Assembly: GCA_964016885.1 (NCBI GenBank)
Contig: OZ024743.1
Span: 291,710,001 to 291,774,000 of the forward strand
Direction: 5' to 3'
Length of the DNA stretch: 64,000 bases
DNA from: Eledone cirrhosa
Taxonomy: Eukaryota
Positions 36,477 to 50,371 of this stretch are shown piece by piece. The position numbers and the translations under genes are program-made. Numbering within the stretch: position 1 is the first letter of the stretch; every line of letters starts with the position of its first letter. A model generated the notes under the pieces. That model ran no database searches. It was not told where the DNA came from and saw nothing but the letters and a program-made list of their open reading frames with translations.

Positions 36477-37699
36477 AAGAGAGAGAATGAGATAGAGATA
36501 ATTATATGTGTGCACGTGTATAGATGCTTTGTTTTCTATGAGGATGGGTTTCAATTACGTTGCTATTTGTTAATATATCCCGTCGAGTAGTTGTTTCTCA
36601 AATAGAGATCGATAAACTTCGTAGTAGAAACAGACATTAAAAATGTATGTACATGTTAAGCTTGATATTATCTACTGTAAACAATCATGACACTGTCTTA
36701 ACATTGGCTTAGTTCGTTGGCCGAAAATAATTAAAACAAATTAAAAACGTGAATAGGTATGTGATACATTTGTAATTGCGTCAATGTGCAGTTTGAATAG
36801 GCATGCAATGCATACACTCATAAGAGGAAAAGCATACATTCATATATTCGCTAATATCAAATAGATAAGTTGCAACAAGCAACAATTCGAAATACAGATA
36901 AAAACTCGTTTAATAACCAACTAACATTCACGTGAGAACCCAGAATCCTAATATCTGGATTACTTAAATGTATGTCAACTGATAAGAATTATCAACCTCT
37001 ACCAATTGCAATATATGATGGCCCCATACAAGTTTCAGCATTTCTCTATCTAGGGCATAAACTGTAAAGCACGAATGATGGTTCTATTGCAGAACAGATT
37101 TAGGATGAGCAGGTTTTGAGGAAAATAAATAAAAAGTTTAATCTTAAAATGTATCCAACATTATATCAAATGTAAATTATATAACTGCTATGTCCTTCCT
37201 CTAATGTTGTTATGATCTTGAAAGTGGGAACTGAACATCATCTACGTTTACTATAAGCCTGACATTTACTATTTTCCCGACAAACCACTAACTACGCAAC
37301 AATATATAAATAATGGATCTACTGGAAGATGGTAAACGTTCACAAAAATGTATTTATAGAACATAGGTGAGCGGGGGTATGATTCACGTTAAAAGAAATA
37401 AATGTAAACCACCGAGGCGGTCGTGATACAATGTGTGTAAATAGCCTGGACAAAATGTGTATGAAATAAATGAAGTCACGCAAAATAGGAATTATTAAAA
37501 GAAACTAATTCCTGTTAGGGCGCCATAACCTGCTACCGGAGGCAATGAATGATCAACATTTACGTAGTCACTTATACATCATATATTTTTATCTCATTCT
37601 CTTCTTGTTAAAATAATTCAATATACATCTAAATGAAATTATTAAGAATAGAATAAAAAATTAATTATTTAATCTATCATATCTATGTATTATTATTTC

Positions 37700-38740
37700 C
37701 AGCTGGCTATGGCTTCCAGCACATGGGCATATTCGTGTAGTATATAACTTGCAAGGGAACTTTAGAAGAGGAAGTGTTATTTCAAAGGTTCATTTGCATA
37801 TGTTTAGGATGCTGGGAATCCATCAGGTCCAGCAGCTGAATTTGGTATTAAAGAACACATGAGACTTAAATATTTGCATGTCTCATTGTGAACGGAAAAT
37901 GCACTTTTATATATTTTGTCTGTTCGCCTCCATTTCCGGTGTAAACATGAATCACATGGTTTCTATTGTTGTCATGAAATGCTCAAGTCACATGTTGACG
38001 TCCTGCGTAGAAAACTGACGCCTCAGTTTTGCGTCAGGACCTCCACCTGAACCATTTCCCAGCTTTTTCGTAGTTTAACCTGGATAGACATCGGGTGTAT
38101 CCTATTGGCGGCATATCTACATTTTTCTTGGACTATATGTTATTACCTCTATGAGGTTATGTTCCGGGAAAATCATTGGTGCTCCCTATAGTGCCGTGTT
38201 ATTTATGAAGATTAGAACCAGGATATTATCAACTCTTTTGGGATGAAGTACCATTTGTTTCATGAACTGTCTATTTGTAAGGTCCAACAGGGATTCCTTC
38301 TGTCTTTGTTCATATGCTGACATTCTTGAGAGTAGGTGATCTTCAGGGCATTTGACCTTGTGTACGTTAAAATCTCCCAGCAATTGGATATTAAAAACCT
38401 CTTCTTGTTTGATTAGTACATCCTTCTCCCTGAGTCCTAGTCCTTTCGACCTAGTCCTCATGACTAAGGGCGTCTAATGACCAATATGCGACACATATTA
38501 TTACCATTTTGAGTTGCTTTATGTGTACTATTACTGTCATAGCGTGAATTGGGAAGTGACAACAGTACAACATCCGTGACATCTTCACAGAATTGCGTTA
38601 ATGGTATATATCACTATGTAAAACAACATATATTGGCATGTGTATTTCTGCATGTGCTATGCTTGCTGTCAGGTGCGTTTCATTTAGTGTCATGTATACT
38701 GCTCGATTTCTTGTGGCTAGGTCTTTTATAGACAGAGTTT
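37700..38740 (-). pseudogene. Decayed CR1/L2-like LINE fragment: APE endonuclease and start of RT
   Basis: LNETHL, LLGDFN, QMVLHPKRVDNILVLIFIN; PNSAAGPDGFP on the minus strand near 37815-37848. Confidence 0.7.
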
Positions 38741-38887
38741 TACTCTTGTTAGTAACTTTTACCAAGCCTTTGACATATAGCAATAAAACTAGTGTGATAT
38801 TTGTAGAGACAAATATACTATACATACAATCATGTATACATCGCTATTTCAGGGCACCAATACTAATACCAGGACCCACGACAACCG

Positions 38888-41157
38888 GTGGCAGAAACCT
38901 ATTTTGAAAAACCAAAAATAATCAACCTTTCAAATACAAACTTCTCAGCCCAACAAATTAAAATTCTCTCCAAAACACTTAAATTCACACCAATACCACA
39001 CTACTCTAACCTCAATGAGATAAATGACGATATATCACACTTCTGTAGAAAATTACGTCTCACAGAGGAATCTTTTGACAAGGAGAATAAAGACCAATCA
39101 ATTGTACGGAATAAAAGCCACTACAACCCAACAAAGTGTAGGAACAGAGTTCTGGACAAATTTTGTGATAACATAGCAACTTTCCCATACCATGAACTAC
39201 CGCAACCTAAACCCAAATCCAATACGAGTCGAAGGGAAAGGGAGATTATCCATCAACTAAAAAACAATACTGACATTATAATTAAGGAAGCGGACAAGGG
39301 AAGTACTGTCGTCATTATGGATGCTGAACAACATAAAAAATATTTGTTCTCGCTCTTACAAGATACTAACTACTATGAAAGAGTAAAAAACTACAAGCAA
39401 TCAAAAATAATGACCAGATTAAACATATTCATTTGTCGATACCAGGAAGACTTAACTAAAAAGGAACGCGATTATTTAACACATTTTGAATACAAAACCA
39501 GCAACCTTTACGGACTTCCGAAGATCCACAAGTGTAAAATAATTAACGATGCCTGTAAACAATCCACCTCAACCTGCGTGAAAACATAATGCCCCACTGA
39601 CCTTAAATTAAGACAAATTGTAGCACACCCACGATGTGAAAAATACAGACTAGGCAACTTTAGAGACATACTACTAAAACCAATTCTCTAACACATACCA
39701 AGCCTTGTAAGAGACGATCTGGACCTCTTAAACCACCTCCCCAAACATGTCAACAACGACAATATTATTGTGTCTTTCGATGTAGTGAATCTCTACACAA
39801 CGATCCCATACCAATAGGGACAGGAAGCAATATGATTCTGGCTACAGAAATATTCCAATGAGATACCTGACAGAATAGAAAAAAGCTTCATCACCGAGGG
39901 ATTAACATTTATTTTACAGAACAACTTTTTTTGATTTCGATGACTGTACTTACAACCAAATATCGGGGACTGCGATGGGTACAAACATCGCTCCAACTTA
40001 TGCCAACTTAGTCATGGCATACTTGGAAGTCCAGATATATGAATAGTCCAAATCAAAATACGGATTGAACTTCCACATATATTTATCAGAGAATTGGAAA
40101 CGCTACTTGGATGATGATCTCATTCTTTGATCTCACCCACTCAACCAACTAAATTATTTCAACAATTTAGTTAACGGCATCAATAACCACATCCAATTCG
40201 CAATGGAATACAGCCAAGATCAACTCCCATTTCTGTACATCTTAATCATAAAAAATACACAAATATTGAAACTTACATACACTACAAATCAACAGATTCC
40301 AAACAATACATGCTATTCACCTCCAACCATCCAAAGCACGCGAAGACGAACATCCCTTTTAACCTAGTAGGAAGAATTGGCACAATTGTCTCCAATTATG
40401 AAACACGAAATAAAAGACTTCAAGAATTAAAGGAAATTCTACTCGAAATACAGTACCCACCATTACTCATAAATAATGGAATAGAAAGGCCTAAAGCAAT
40501 AGGCATTGATGAATTACGAAAACAGAAACAAATTCAAGGTACGTCCAATATTCTATCATATATCTCAACACACAACCCAAGAAATGCGGAAGCTTACATC
40601 ATTATTCACAGGAACATCCCACTATTGAAACAAGACCCAAGAATGAAAAAAGCCCTTGAAACACACAAAATAATCAAAAGCAAAAGACAACCGAAATTAC
40701 TAAAAACATTACTCTCCAATGCCAAATTACCTACCACAAACCCACAACCAACTGTCAAAAAATATGGTCGCTCTAATTGTAGAACCTGCACTCACCCTAT
40801 TGAGGGCAACATGAATACATTTGAATCAGAACAAAATCTTGCTGTAAAATATCACTTCACTTGCTCATCAAAAAATTTGCTTTATGCCATTAAATGTAAA
40901 GATGCAATGAAGATTATATAGGACAAACTAAAATCACACTCGGAAACAGAATGACAATTCATCGCCAGCAATTACGAGACCCTACCACGAGACAGATACC
41001 ACTAAGTGTACATCTAGACATATACGCAATTAATAAGACACCCAAATTCCAAGTCTTCCCATTTTATCTCTGCGCTGACAATACAACAGAACAAATACGA
41101 ATAAATAAGGAAAATATGTTTATTCAAAAATATAGACCAACATTAAATACAGTTTAA
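38888..41157 (+). pseudogene. Near full-length Neptune-like PLE ORF (RT plus GIY-YIG), disrupted
   Basis: IINLS..LKFTP, IIIKEADKGSTVVIMD, LYGLPKIHK, SFDVVNLYTTIP, GTAMGTNIAPTYANL, WKRYLDD, SNHPKH, GRSNCRTC, LLYAIKC..YIGQT..RMTIH. Confidence 0.92.
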
Positions 41158-41470
41158 TATACATTATGACAACACCATAACATGCTAACCATCCAAACAG
41201 ACACATACATACAAACACATAACACCTATTTTCGAAAATAAAAACCAGAGCTAAATAAACCTTAACACACCTTAACATGCTAAGTACACACCACACACAT
41301 ACCTCCCTCCCTCCCCCATTTCTTCTAACGGAATCATTTTCCTACACACACAAAAAATATATATATATTCTCTCTATCTTAACATGCTAACCATACTCCC
41401 CCACACACATATATAACACTCATACGCACACACAACTGCCTCCCCCATTTCTACTAATAGAATCATCTTC

Positions 41471-41506
<36 letters not shown>

Positions 41507-42235
41507 ACACACACACTCAGACACCAGCACACAAATAGACATACATACCTCTACTTTCTTTATTTCAATAGAAAGTCTGAATATTGACACGCCAACACAA
41601 CAGCCATACGCACTGAACCAGAACAATTCTCCCCATCCCGTTTTTCTTGACCATTATCTTTTGTTTGACACAAAATTCTCTAAATGGCTACAAAAAAATT
41701 CCAAAATACAGGCGCGATTTTTAATATACTTATTCACGTTAGAGTCTTAATTTCATTTATAACCAATAAAATTACGTTTATAAAATAAAGCCTTCGTGAG
41801 CCACTATTTTTTTCCAGTAAACAGAAATTCCAATACAAACTGGCGCGAAAGCTGATGTGCTTATTCACGTGACTGCATCAACCAACCAAACTTCACACAT
41901 ATGAAAAAACAATCTGAGCCTCGCCTATTTTTTTTTAGGGCAAATATGAGAAGAACTTTGTAACGCGAACTGGCGCGAAATTGATTATACTGATTCACAT
42001 GACAGTCATCAAGTAACCGAATTACTTCTCTAAAAACCTAGCATTTTGAGCCACCTTTTTCAATATAAAACAGAAGTAACATTCGAACACCATCAAAATA
42101 TGAGAAAAGCCACAAACCCTCCATCTCAATTCTACTTTTGAAAAGCACAAGGACTGCGAAACAGGTAAAGGAATCAAATCAATATATTTTTTTTTAAAGA
42201 CTCCAGTTGCATTTTCGATTTCAAATTTTTTCCTT
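41158..42235 (+). mobile_element. 3' UTR/pLTR of the PLE, with three ~130-bp subrepeats and a terminal HHR
   Basis: Motif ggcgcga....attcac recurs at ~41711, 41842 and 41972; ends at (TA)n. Confidence 0.7.
42134..42171 (+). ncRNA. Minimal hammerhead ribozyme with U3-A8 core
   Basis: ctt-TTGAAAA-gca caaggac tgc-GAAAC ag GTA-aag. Confidence 0.65.
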
Positions 42236-42336
42236 ATATATATATATGTTGGAGACGCAGGACATGGCGGCGATAATGAGGGACAGAGACCGCTGGAGAG
42301 AACTCGTCCATGGATCTCGGGAATTTTACCCGCCTT

Positions 42337-42505
<169 letters not shown>

Positions 42506-42689
42506 GTGTGTATGTGTGTTTGTGTGTGTGTGTGTCTGAGTGTGTGTATATATATATAAAGTTAAATGTACAGTTGAAAATTGCAAACTTGACTGTCACC
42601 ACAGTATATGACCCTGAAGATTGCGAAAGCATGAAAGTACTTCTTTAATTAACACTTAACATTTAATATTCTAGCATAATATTTCATTC

Positions 42690-45181
42690 TAATACCATTA
42701 TAAATTTTACAGGATTGTAAATAAAACGAGTAAACCAGACAAAGTTGGAAATCCTTTTATTAATATATATATATATATATAAATATAGAGTAATAATAAT
42801 AAATTTGAAAGCTAAAATCCAAAGAGGGATCGATAAGGATAAATATATATCAAATATATAAGAACCGTAGAGCAAATAATTATTAAAATAACAGATTAAA
42901 TTTAATTAAATAATCGCTGCTTTCACCCTTAACGGGATCTTCTGAAACTAACAAAGTCAATCTGTGAAAGCAGAAGTGAATATTTCAAAAAACGTTGCAA
43001 CCGGAGGAAGACAGTAAGACGATACTGTGGTTCGTGGTAACGTTTCCTGGCAAAGAACGGGAAAAAACGAATATAATACGTCATTATTTGGAGCGGTGAA
43101 AATCAATTACACGAATAGACAAATTCACGTTTATGGTATAAAAGAAGTTGTAGACTAATATTCTATTAAGTGCTTCATAGAGACGTTCTCTGGCAATGAA
43201 CGGAAAAAACGAAGATAATACGTAATATGTGGGACGTAGAGAACAATTGCACGCAAAGACAAAACCACGTAAATGGTATAACTGAAGTCGTAGACTAAAA
43301 TTCTAACTAGGAAACCGAATGATTCTCGGCTTCAGAGATAATAATAAAGTAAATAAAATACAGAGGTAATTAAAATTAAATAAATACATACACGCATACA
43401 TACATACACAAGCATACGCGAAAACACTCGCCATAGGTATACAAATACACGCACGTACACAAAAAAAACCGCACGCACATAAAGAACCCCCGCAACGCCT
43501 GTACCCGCACAGATACGAATGTATACACCAAATACACATAAAAATATATATTAAAAATATATATATATATATGTGTGTGTGCGTGTATACATATAATTAA
43601 ATAAACGTATATAAATAAATAAATACGTATATAAAAAGCGCACACACATACCTACATGTAAATACACATATGTTCGGAGACTACGTCAACCAAAACACAA
43701 AGTACACATATACACACACCCTACATACATACGAACGCGCATACCCACACAGACGCACAACTCGCGTATACACATAACTAAAAGCATATGTACCAAAATA
43801 TATAGTATATACGCCATAACATATACAATCAAATATACGTACGAGAAAGTATACGTACCTTCACAAAACATACAGGTAATATATACTTACCTATACAAAT
43901 AAGTAATGGTATAAACATAACATATACTTAGCTACCACATCAAGACGTAAAATATCCGCGTATAGTTCGTACTATCCGTTAGGGTATAATGTAGGGCCCA
44001 ATACAGGAAATGATATTGGGTGTGGTTGTCTTTTAGACTCCAGATATAAGCTGCAAGTGACGTCATATTCCTTCTTAAATTGTTACGAAAAGAATGGGTA
44101 TGCATGTAAAGACGCTGATTGAATTTATTGGCGGTTAACTCTATGTAGGCCTGACGGTACGTGGGTGTTTCAACCTTACATTTGTAGACAATGTTACTAG
44201 AGATTTCCCGGATAGGGGGCAGTCAATCCGATTCCTACAATTACAGTTAGTACTAACTACAGGGTTGCACGTGTTCCTACGGCTAGGTAGTTTAGTCAAA
44301 TTTGAAGCTGTGATGTTATGTGCAAGGTTAGGAGTCGTAGAGTAAGAGCTTTTAAGAGTATTTCTATTAAAAAGTTTACTATATTTATGCGTAGGGAGAA
44401 AATGCTTCATAATAAGGGAGAGAAAGATCTTAGCTAATGGTGTGGCCGCCTCCATATTATATGGTGGGTTATACCATATAATGCGTCGGGATCTATTTCT
44501 TCTAGGTCTATTCTCGTACTCTACATATGCTACCTTTTCGACAAATCCACTCCGAGCAAGAGCTTCATTGTAATATGTGGAATGGTCGTTGAAAATATAC
44601 TCGTTAGTAGATACACGGGAAAGCCTCAAAGAAACGTTTCTAAACAGGTTCATGGTTATGCTGGCAGGGTGGTTACAATGCTTACTTATGTAATTAAGCG
44701 TATAAATCGGCTTTCTATACGGGTAATGCAAGCCATTCGATAAATTGAGGTTAACGTCGAGGTAATTAACGACAGAGAGGTTGGCCTCAACCTGTATGGA
44801 GCGATTGAAGCCTTTAATGAAGGCTGTGGGTTATTTTCTGAATCTGTCACAAGCACGTGGGCTGCACTTAGTCATGGTCAAAAGACCATCATCACGGTAC
44901 AAACCACCGCCCACGTTTGGGAATTCTTCCTTGATAGAGAAAAGAAGGAAAAGACCGATAAGTTCAGTAACCTCCACAGAATCGCTGGCGTCCATACTCA
45001 CGTCGAATGGGGTGCTATTAAATTTGTTAATCAAATAGAATCGTCGAAATTAATCACCGACTTACGGGCATTGAGGATGACATCAACTACATTCACAGAT
45101 TGACTTTGTTAGTTTCAGAAGATCCCGTTACGGGCGAAAGCAGCGATTCTTTGCTTAAACTTTAATATGTTATTTTAATAA

Positions 45182-45185
<4 letters not shown>
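42690..45185 (-). mobile_element. Naiad-type PLE, 5'-truncated (ORF remnants 45090 to ~43980), with inverted 3'-end copy at 45091-45185
   Basis: DSVEVTELIGLFLL, GGGLYRDDGL, CNHPASI, IIWYNPPY, CNCRNRIDCPLSG; 45091-45185 is the reverse complement of 42881-42968. Confidence 0.88.
45111..45161 (+). ncRNA. Hammerhead-fold motif with U4A core (CAGAAGA)
   Basis: agttt-CAGAAGA-t-cccg tta cggg-c-GAAAGCA gcgattctt TGCTT-aaact. Confidence 0.7.
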
Positions 45186-45211
<26 letters not shown>

Positions 45212-45212
<1 letters not shown>

Positions 45213-45939
45213 ATGTAAAATAAACAATACAGTTTAATTACCTCATTACCAGAGATTTCCCGAATAAGACGAATACAAGACACGTCCGAATTCGTTCCTC
45301 AGACAAGGCAATTTAAAACATAGTGAAATATTTGAAAAATCTCCTCAAAAAGGCAAAAGTTTAACGAGCAAAAAATAAATAAAAGTAATAAAAAATAAAA
45401 ATAAAGAAATATAGTAAGGGGGTGTGTATAAATGTGTGTATATGCACTTACAAATGTACACGTGTGTGTATGTACAAATGAATATGTATAGTAAAAAAAT
45501 GTGTGCGTATGTAAATACATGAGTGCAAACATATTAGTGTATGTGTGACGGCAAAAACGTATATATATATATATATATATATATGTTGAAAAAGGAATTG
45601 TAAGATAATGGAGTTTGCGTACATACAGACTTAGGGCCTAATGGTTGAAATATATACACATACAAGGATGAAAGGACGCAAGCGTATAAACATACACGCA
45701 CGCGAAACCACATTTATGTATGTTATATATACAGGGAAGGGGGTGTATAAAGTCATAGCAGTGTCAGACTGAATGGTCGACACAAATATAAAATATGATA
45801 AATAAATGAAATAAAACATACGATAAGAATAAAAAAATAAACTAAAAAGAAAGTAAGTGGTAGGTGATATAATATATAAAGTAGCACTAGAAAAAAAAAT
45901 AAATAGTGGAAAACATGCATATATGCGAACAAGCTCATG

Positions 45940-46012
<73 letters not shown>

Positions 46013-46137
46013 GTACAGACAAAAAAAGCACATGCACATACACGCATACATACATACATAAACACGCATACATACACACGATACACATATATATACACAT
46101 ACATGCACATCTAATCACACGCAAGCACGCGAACATA

Positions 46138-46177
<40 letters not shown>

Positions 46178-47100
46178 CATGTAAAAAACACGTATACGAA
46201 ACGCACACATATACACACACATTCACACACACACGCACACATACGAATGCGTTCGTATACATATACGAACACGTATACACATATATGCACACATACGCAT
46301 ACATACATATATAAAAAACCAGCTGTATGAATAAATGGGTACAAAATATACGCAAGTAAACATACATAAAAGCGGCTGAGGGACAACGGAAAATATTTGG
46401 AGTTAAAAACACAAGTAACATGTGATATCAGGTAGTGAAAGAAAAGGGGGAAGTAAAATATGTAAAATTGTTAAGATATAAAGTAAGTGAATCAAATAGA
46501 AGGGGGGGGGGGGGGTCACTAGTGGATGTGAAGTAAAAATAAAAATAAAAATAAAAATAAAAATAAAAATAAAAGATAATTGAAACTGAAAAAAAGTCTG
46601 TAAAGAAGGTAAGTTAAGGAAAGTGAAGAACAAGAGTTTATGGAGGATAAATCTCTGAAAGCGGGTTAAGTTTATATGAGCTGGAAAGCAAGTGTGATTT
46701 CATGTGTGGGAAACTGGTGAACATTTCTGTTTTTTGCATTTAGGCAGGCTTTTGGTGATTTAAAGTTCTGTAAAATCCAATATTTTTCACTTATGCATAG
46801 TGAGAATCTTTTTATTCCTCTTGCATAATCTTTAGATTGATTCAAAATTGACCAATCTAATTTATATTGGATACCTTGGTCCTTCAAATCCCATATTCTG
46901 CGAGCCAGAGCTGGTGTAAATCTTTTTTCAGGATATCGGAAAGATGCAACATGTGAGTAATAACGCGTTTTAAATTTGTCTTGTGTTATACCCACATATC
47001 GTTCGCTGGTGGCTGGTAGGTTGTTGCTAGTGGTTGTCACTTTGGCCTCATATACAATGTGTTTGGTGTTGCATTTACCTTGTAATGGGCATTCACTTTT
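45212..47100 (-). mobile_element. Naiad-type PLE 3' fragment: GIY-YIG (46672-47100) and microsatellite-rich 3' UTR
   Basis: CPLQGKC..IVYEAKV..YVGITQDKFKTRYYSH..LARRIWDLK..WSIL..LCISEKYWIL. Confidence 0.88.
45235..45306 (-). ncRNA. Type-I hammerhead motif at the PLE 3' end (weak stem I)
   Basis: Reverse complement reads gt-CTGAGGA-a-cgaat..ggacg..cgtct..attcg-g-GAAA tctc tggtaat gagg TA-at. Confidence 0.65.
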
Positions 47101-47113
47101 GACTCTCTCTCTC

Positions 47114-47171
<58 letters not shown>

Positions 47172-47178
<7 letters not shown>

Positions 47179-47335
47179 ATATTTGAGGAGGATAATATTG
47201 TTGTAATATTGCCAGAAATAATAACAGAACACACTCAGTTAGTTTGGTTTTCGCTTCTGTATCTTGTATATCTCCATAGTTAATTTATTTGGCAATCAAT
47301 GTATATCGTTGATTGAGCAGGTGTTAAAAATACAG

Positions 47336-47345
<10 letters not shown>
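47172..47345 (-). mobile_element. Short (TA)n-flanked repeat family (copies or ends at 56310-56485, 24202-24265, 54843-54960)
   Basis: 47172-47345 is the reverse complement of 56310-56485; shared end similar to atgaccctcccaaagtataacaata(TA)n. Confidence 0.75.
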
Positions 47346-47408
<63 letters not shown>

Positions 47409-47513
47409 GTATATCAAAGTTCTTTCGTTGCACACCTACAACATGATCAGTGATACCTTTATGTATCCTCCTATTGTATTGTATTGTATTGTATGTTTAC
47501 GCTATTTTTATTT

Positions 47514-47556
<43 letters not shown>

Positions 47557-48089
47557 TTCTTGTCTCAGTGTCTGTGCATGCGTTTGCGTGTGTGTATAAT
47601 TGTTGGTGTGTGTGTTCGCGTTTGAGTGGATGTGCTTTTGTTTTCGTATTGTATCTTTGTTCACTAGTGTGTGTTTATATTTGTTTGTTGTTATTGTACT
47701 TGTGTATATATTTATTCATCACCTTAATATATGTATATATATAATTATCACTTTAATATATGTATATGTATATATATATATATACGTGGAAAAGTAAGAA
47801 ATCGGAGAATAGACCGTTAAAACATGTTTATTTAAAACACCACCTACGTATGTTTCTCCCAGTTGGGATTCTCAAGGGTATAAATAACCAAAAGTATTCC
47901 TTACATTGCTCGGAAAGAGTTTTGGGGGTTACGTTCACGTCAAAATTCATTGCTCGCAAAAATAGCGTGTTTTGATTTTGCAGCAGGTCAAGGCAGGTAT
48001 CTCTGACCGGTGTTAGGGCAGTCTTTGCCGGACAAATGTTTTATCCGTTACAAAATGTGGTTACAACTTTACCATTGTCGATACGCACA

Positions 48090-48140
<51 letters not shown>

Positions 48141-48144
<4 letters not shown>

Positions 48145-48270
48145 AAAAAGTATGACCTCGACGGCAGAGCTCAAGCCGTTTTGACGGCTATTTCCTTCTC
48201 TACTACCCTAAGTATTGAGTACTCTGGTGCGTTATGGTCCATCTGGTTCCTTACTACAATTCCTTTGTTA
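48141..48270. mobile_element. Short (TA)n-flanked element, same family as 48535-48680 and 56515-56670
   Basis: Shared ctctactaccctaagt.ttgagtact.tggtgcgttatg.tccatctggttccttac..ttcctt.gttata. Confidence 0.75.
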
Positions 48271-48276
48271 TATATG

Positions 48277-48457
48277 TGGATTGGCAGTATCGGTAGAGGG
48301 TCGGACGCCATGCTTTCCAGCATAGTTACGTCCCTTTATGATCTGAGTTCAAATCCCGCCGAGGTTGACTTTGCCTTTCATCCTTACGGGGTCGATAAAA
48401 TAAAGTACCAGTAATGCACTGGGTAATTTGCTGGGTTTGTGCCTAAAGTAGAAACAG

Positions 48458-48460
<3 letters not shown>
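48277..48460 (+). mobile_element. tRNA-derived SINE
   Basis: Near-identical to 33510-33692. Confidence 0.9.
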
Positions 48461-48534
<74 letters not shown>

Positions 48535-48537
<3 letters not shown>

Positions 48538-48680
48538 CAAAGGAAATGTGGTAAGGAACCAGATGGTCCATAACGTACGGAGTTCTACTCGTTCCTATTA
48601 CCCACTCTACTACCCTAAGTTTGAGTACTTTGGTGCGTTATGTTCCATCTGGTTCCTTACCACATTTCCTTCGTTATATA
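48535..48680. mobile_element. Short element with ~48-bp inverted termini
   Basis: taacaaaggaaatgtggtaaggaaccagatgg.ccataacg vs cgttatg.tccatctggttccttaccacatttccttcgtta. Confidence 0.8.
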
Positions 48681-48686
48681 TATATA

Positions 48687-48829
48687 TAGAAGTGGTTACA
48701 CAACAGTTAGTTCACTATACCGAGGACAATTGTTTCAGCTTAGCGGATCCTCTCGTACGAGCTGAGGATACGTTATGCTGAAACAATTGTTCTCGGTATC
48801 GTAAACTGACTGTTGTGTAACAACTTCTA
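48687..48829. repeat. Fold-back inverted repeat containing a minimal HHR (48758-48795, plus)
   Basis: cgag-CTGAGGA-tacgttatgct-GAAAC aatt GTT-ctcg; the mirror arm reads ..GAGGA..GAAAC aatt GTC ctcg. Confidence 0.8.
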
Positions 48830-48889
48830 CCTAACTCGTCCCATGGACTGAGTGCTCTACCACTACGGATATACCTTCCAGTGTTCTAC

Positions 48890-48933
<44 letters not shown>

Positions 48934-49659
48934 AAGCTGACGGCTTAACGGCTGGATCAAACAGCACCAAATTTGCACCATAGATGTAACTGTTTCCGAG
49001 TAAGAAAATGAGACTATTTTTGTCTTCTAAATTTCGTTAAAAGATTAAAGATATTTTATCGTTTATTTAAATATTCACTTCTTTAAAATGTTCATGTCAA
49101 CACATCCGGCTATACAACATTCCTCTCTCTTTCTTAGTCTGTCTTTTTAGATAGATACATAGCTATAACGTCGTACCCTTATATGTCTCGGTATGTATGT
49201 CTGTCTGCATTAGATAATAGCTATAACGTCACACGCTTATATTATTTCTCTGTATGGCTGCTTATCTGCATTGACTTCGCTTCTAACCAACCTTTAATTA
49301 ATTCAGTGCAAAGATACCGCACGCCCTCTCAATAAATGTTTAGTAATAATAATAAATGTGAAGACTAAAATCCGAGGAGGGCTCGATAAGGATAAATATA
49401 CATCAAATATATAAGAACCCCAGAAAAATATTGTTCCCATTGCTGACGTATTATCTTCGCTTTTTCCCGTTCATTGTCAGGGAACGTCTTCACGAATCAA
49501 AGTATTGTGTTCCTGTTTTCCTTCTGTTGCAACGATTTTCGAAATATTTACTTCTGCGTTGACAGATTGGTTTGTTTAGTTCCAGAAGTTCCCGTTAAGC
49601 CTGAAAGCAGTAATTCTTTGCTTAAACGTTAAGCTGTTATTTTAATATATATATATATA

Positions 49660-50307
49660 TATCCAAAATTAAATTAAGGATGTCATGTCCGAGAGACATG
49701 CGCCATATCCACTGTAGAATAGGCTCAAAGATTCCAATGAATAGATCCGAGCATTTTATATCAACTAGAGATTGATTGACATGTATATATATCTAAAATA
49801 AACGTATGAAACAATCACATGGATTATTTTTTAAAAGTGTGCAAGCACACACAGCTAGATAGGTAACTAATTAAAGCTTAATTAGAATTTAAATATAGAT
49901 TCCTTTTAAAATGATTAATCTTCCTTGTATATATGTCATGAAAGAAATATATTTAACCATCAACCGATCAGTAAACCAGCGTAGCCAAATCGGATTTTCA
50001 ACAAGGAAGATTTAACTATCTGTGTTTACACAACAAATGCAAATCTGCGAATGACTAGCAGCACATGTTGCATTTTTTAAATTACACACATCGCACCAGC
50101 TTCATCCCATGGCGTGAATAGGGTTATCGACAACTAGAAATAGCAGCCGAGTCCTTTCAACTGAGTTAGCTCTACAATTAAGGGGCCGTATATATATCCA
50201 AAATTAAATTAAGGATGTCATATCCGAGAGACATGCGCCATATCAACTGTAGAATATGCTCAAAGATTCCAATGAATAGATCCGAGCATTTTTTATCAAC
50301 TAGAAAT

Positions 50308-50371
<64 letters not shown>

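Noticed and set aside
42610-42646. HHR core CTGAAGA-tgc gaaa gca-GAAAG ta CTT
   Set aside because: Stems II and III fit but the flanks (gacc/cttt) cannot form stem I; possibly a truncated remnant, not called
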